Positions 63,320 to 64,000 of a DNA stretch of 64,000 nucleotides are shown in pieces (position 1 is the first letter of the stretch; every line of letters begins with the position of its first letter). The translations under genes and the position numbers were made by a program. The DNA comes from an uncultured Nitrososphaeraceae archaeon (GTDB lineage: Archaea; Thermoproteota; Nitrososphaeria; Nitrososphaerales; Nitrososphaeraceae). The stretch spans positions 288,001-352,000 of the forward strand of contig CAVZZA010000005.1 of the NCBI GenBank assembly GCA_963779615.1. The letters run 5' to 3'. The notes under the pieces were generated by a model, which made no database searches, was not told where the DNA came from, and was given only the letters and a program-made list of their open reading frames with translations.

Positions 63320-63986
63320 GGCTCTGTTAACTTAAGAAAAAGCTATAGTCGCGATTATGCCATAAACAATATTGACATACAGAAGGCAGAGAACCAAACC
63401 GAAAGATGTTGCCTATTCCCTATATCTTTACTTCCTGGGTCTCTCTTGTAGAAGCACCGCAAAGGCGTTGAAGCGATTTGTGAAAAGGAGCCATGTATCA
63501 GTCTGGAAATGGATCCAGAAATACAGGCCAAAGAGGCTATCAACCAGGAGAAAAAAGATTAATGGATACATTGTTGACGAAACCCAGATTAAGGTTGGCT
63601 CCCAATGCATATGGCTTTGGGTTGCAATTGAGCCAAAACACAGGGAAATTCTTCAGATTGATGTGTCAGTTGAAAGAGCAATGCTAGTTGCCGAGAGATT
63701 TATTGCGTCTCTGGTAGATGGGTATGGAAAACATCCAGTTTCCACCGATGGGGGAACTTGGTATCCGCAAGCATGCAGGTTCCTGAAACTGAAACATCAT
63801 TTGCATTCCTCATTGGAGAAAAGCTTGATAGAAAGGGCAATGCAGTACATCAAGGACAGGACAGAAGGATTTGATGACTACTTTCCATGCCTAAAAAAGA
63901 AATGCAAACTAAAGCATGTAAAACAATGGTTGAACCTGTTTGCTTATTACCACAATAGGGGAATAATCTCTTAAGTTAACAGAGCC
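63320..63986 (+). mobile_element. Complete IS6-family element (667 bp)
   Basis: Perfect 18-bp IR GGCTCTGTTAACTTAAGA; 8-bp direct repeat TTTTTTAT on both flanks. Confidence 0.95.
63372..63974 (+). CDS. IS6-family transposase
   Basis: LYLYFLGLS, SVWKWIQK, VDET, WVAIE, STDGG, IERAMQYIKDRTE. Confidence 0.92.
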   Translation: MTYRRQRTKPKDVAYSLYLYFLGLSCRSTAKALKRFVKRSHVSVWKWIQKYRPKRLSTRRKKINGYIVDETQIKVGSQCIWLWVAIEPKHREILQIDVSVERAMLVAERFIASLVDGYGKHPVSTDGGTWYPQACRFLKLKHHLHSSLEKSLIERAMQYIKDRTEGFDDYFPCLKKKCKLKHVKQWLNLFAYYHNRGIIS

Positions 63987-64000
63987 TTTTTTATTAACAG

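Noticed and set aside
49200-63986. Composite transposon bounded by the two IS6 copies
   Set aside because: The copies are clearly diverged, the left one lacks its left end, and the right one has its own target duplication

Overview
AT-rich archaeal chromosomal window. Gene content, gene order and IS types point to an ammonia-oxidising Nitrososphaerota, probably Nitrosocosmicus-like (inference). The left half is mostly core genome: a two-intron tRNA-Tyr, a cluster of degenerate CysRS paralog, GNAT and hemB, an 11-subunit complex I operon (nuoABCDHIJKMLN, no nuoEFG), and the rpoN-eno-rps2-MEMO1-mvk-ipk-fni-GGPPS-gltX lipid/translation superoperon with a geranylgeranyl reductase. It also holds tRNA-Leu, a redox cluster (DipZ-like redoxin, BCP, FNR) and a Grs-like radical SAM enzyme. 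The right half is more accessory: an IS630 nested in an IS5-like remnant, glyS, a ~4.2 kb block of four heavily frameshifted genes, secreted proteins, IS6 elements, a rhodanese and a protein with perfect 57-bp repeats. Further right are an HDAC, a perfect 157-bp inverted repeat around a decayed Cache-domain fragment, a Hel308-like helicase and HtrA. Best leads: the MshC/MshD-like CysRS-paralog/GNAT pair, the 157-bp inverted-repeat cassette, a 38-aa Cys/His micro-protein missed by the ORF track, and the tRNA-Tyr with a T-loop intron. All product calls come from motif recognition by eye, with no database searches.
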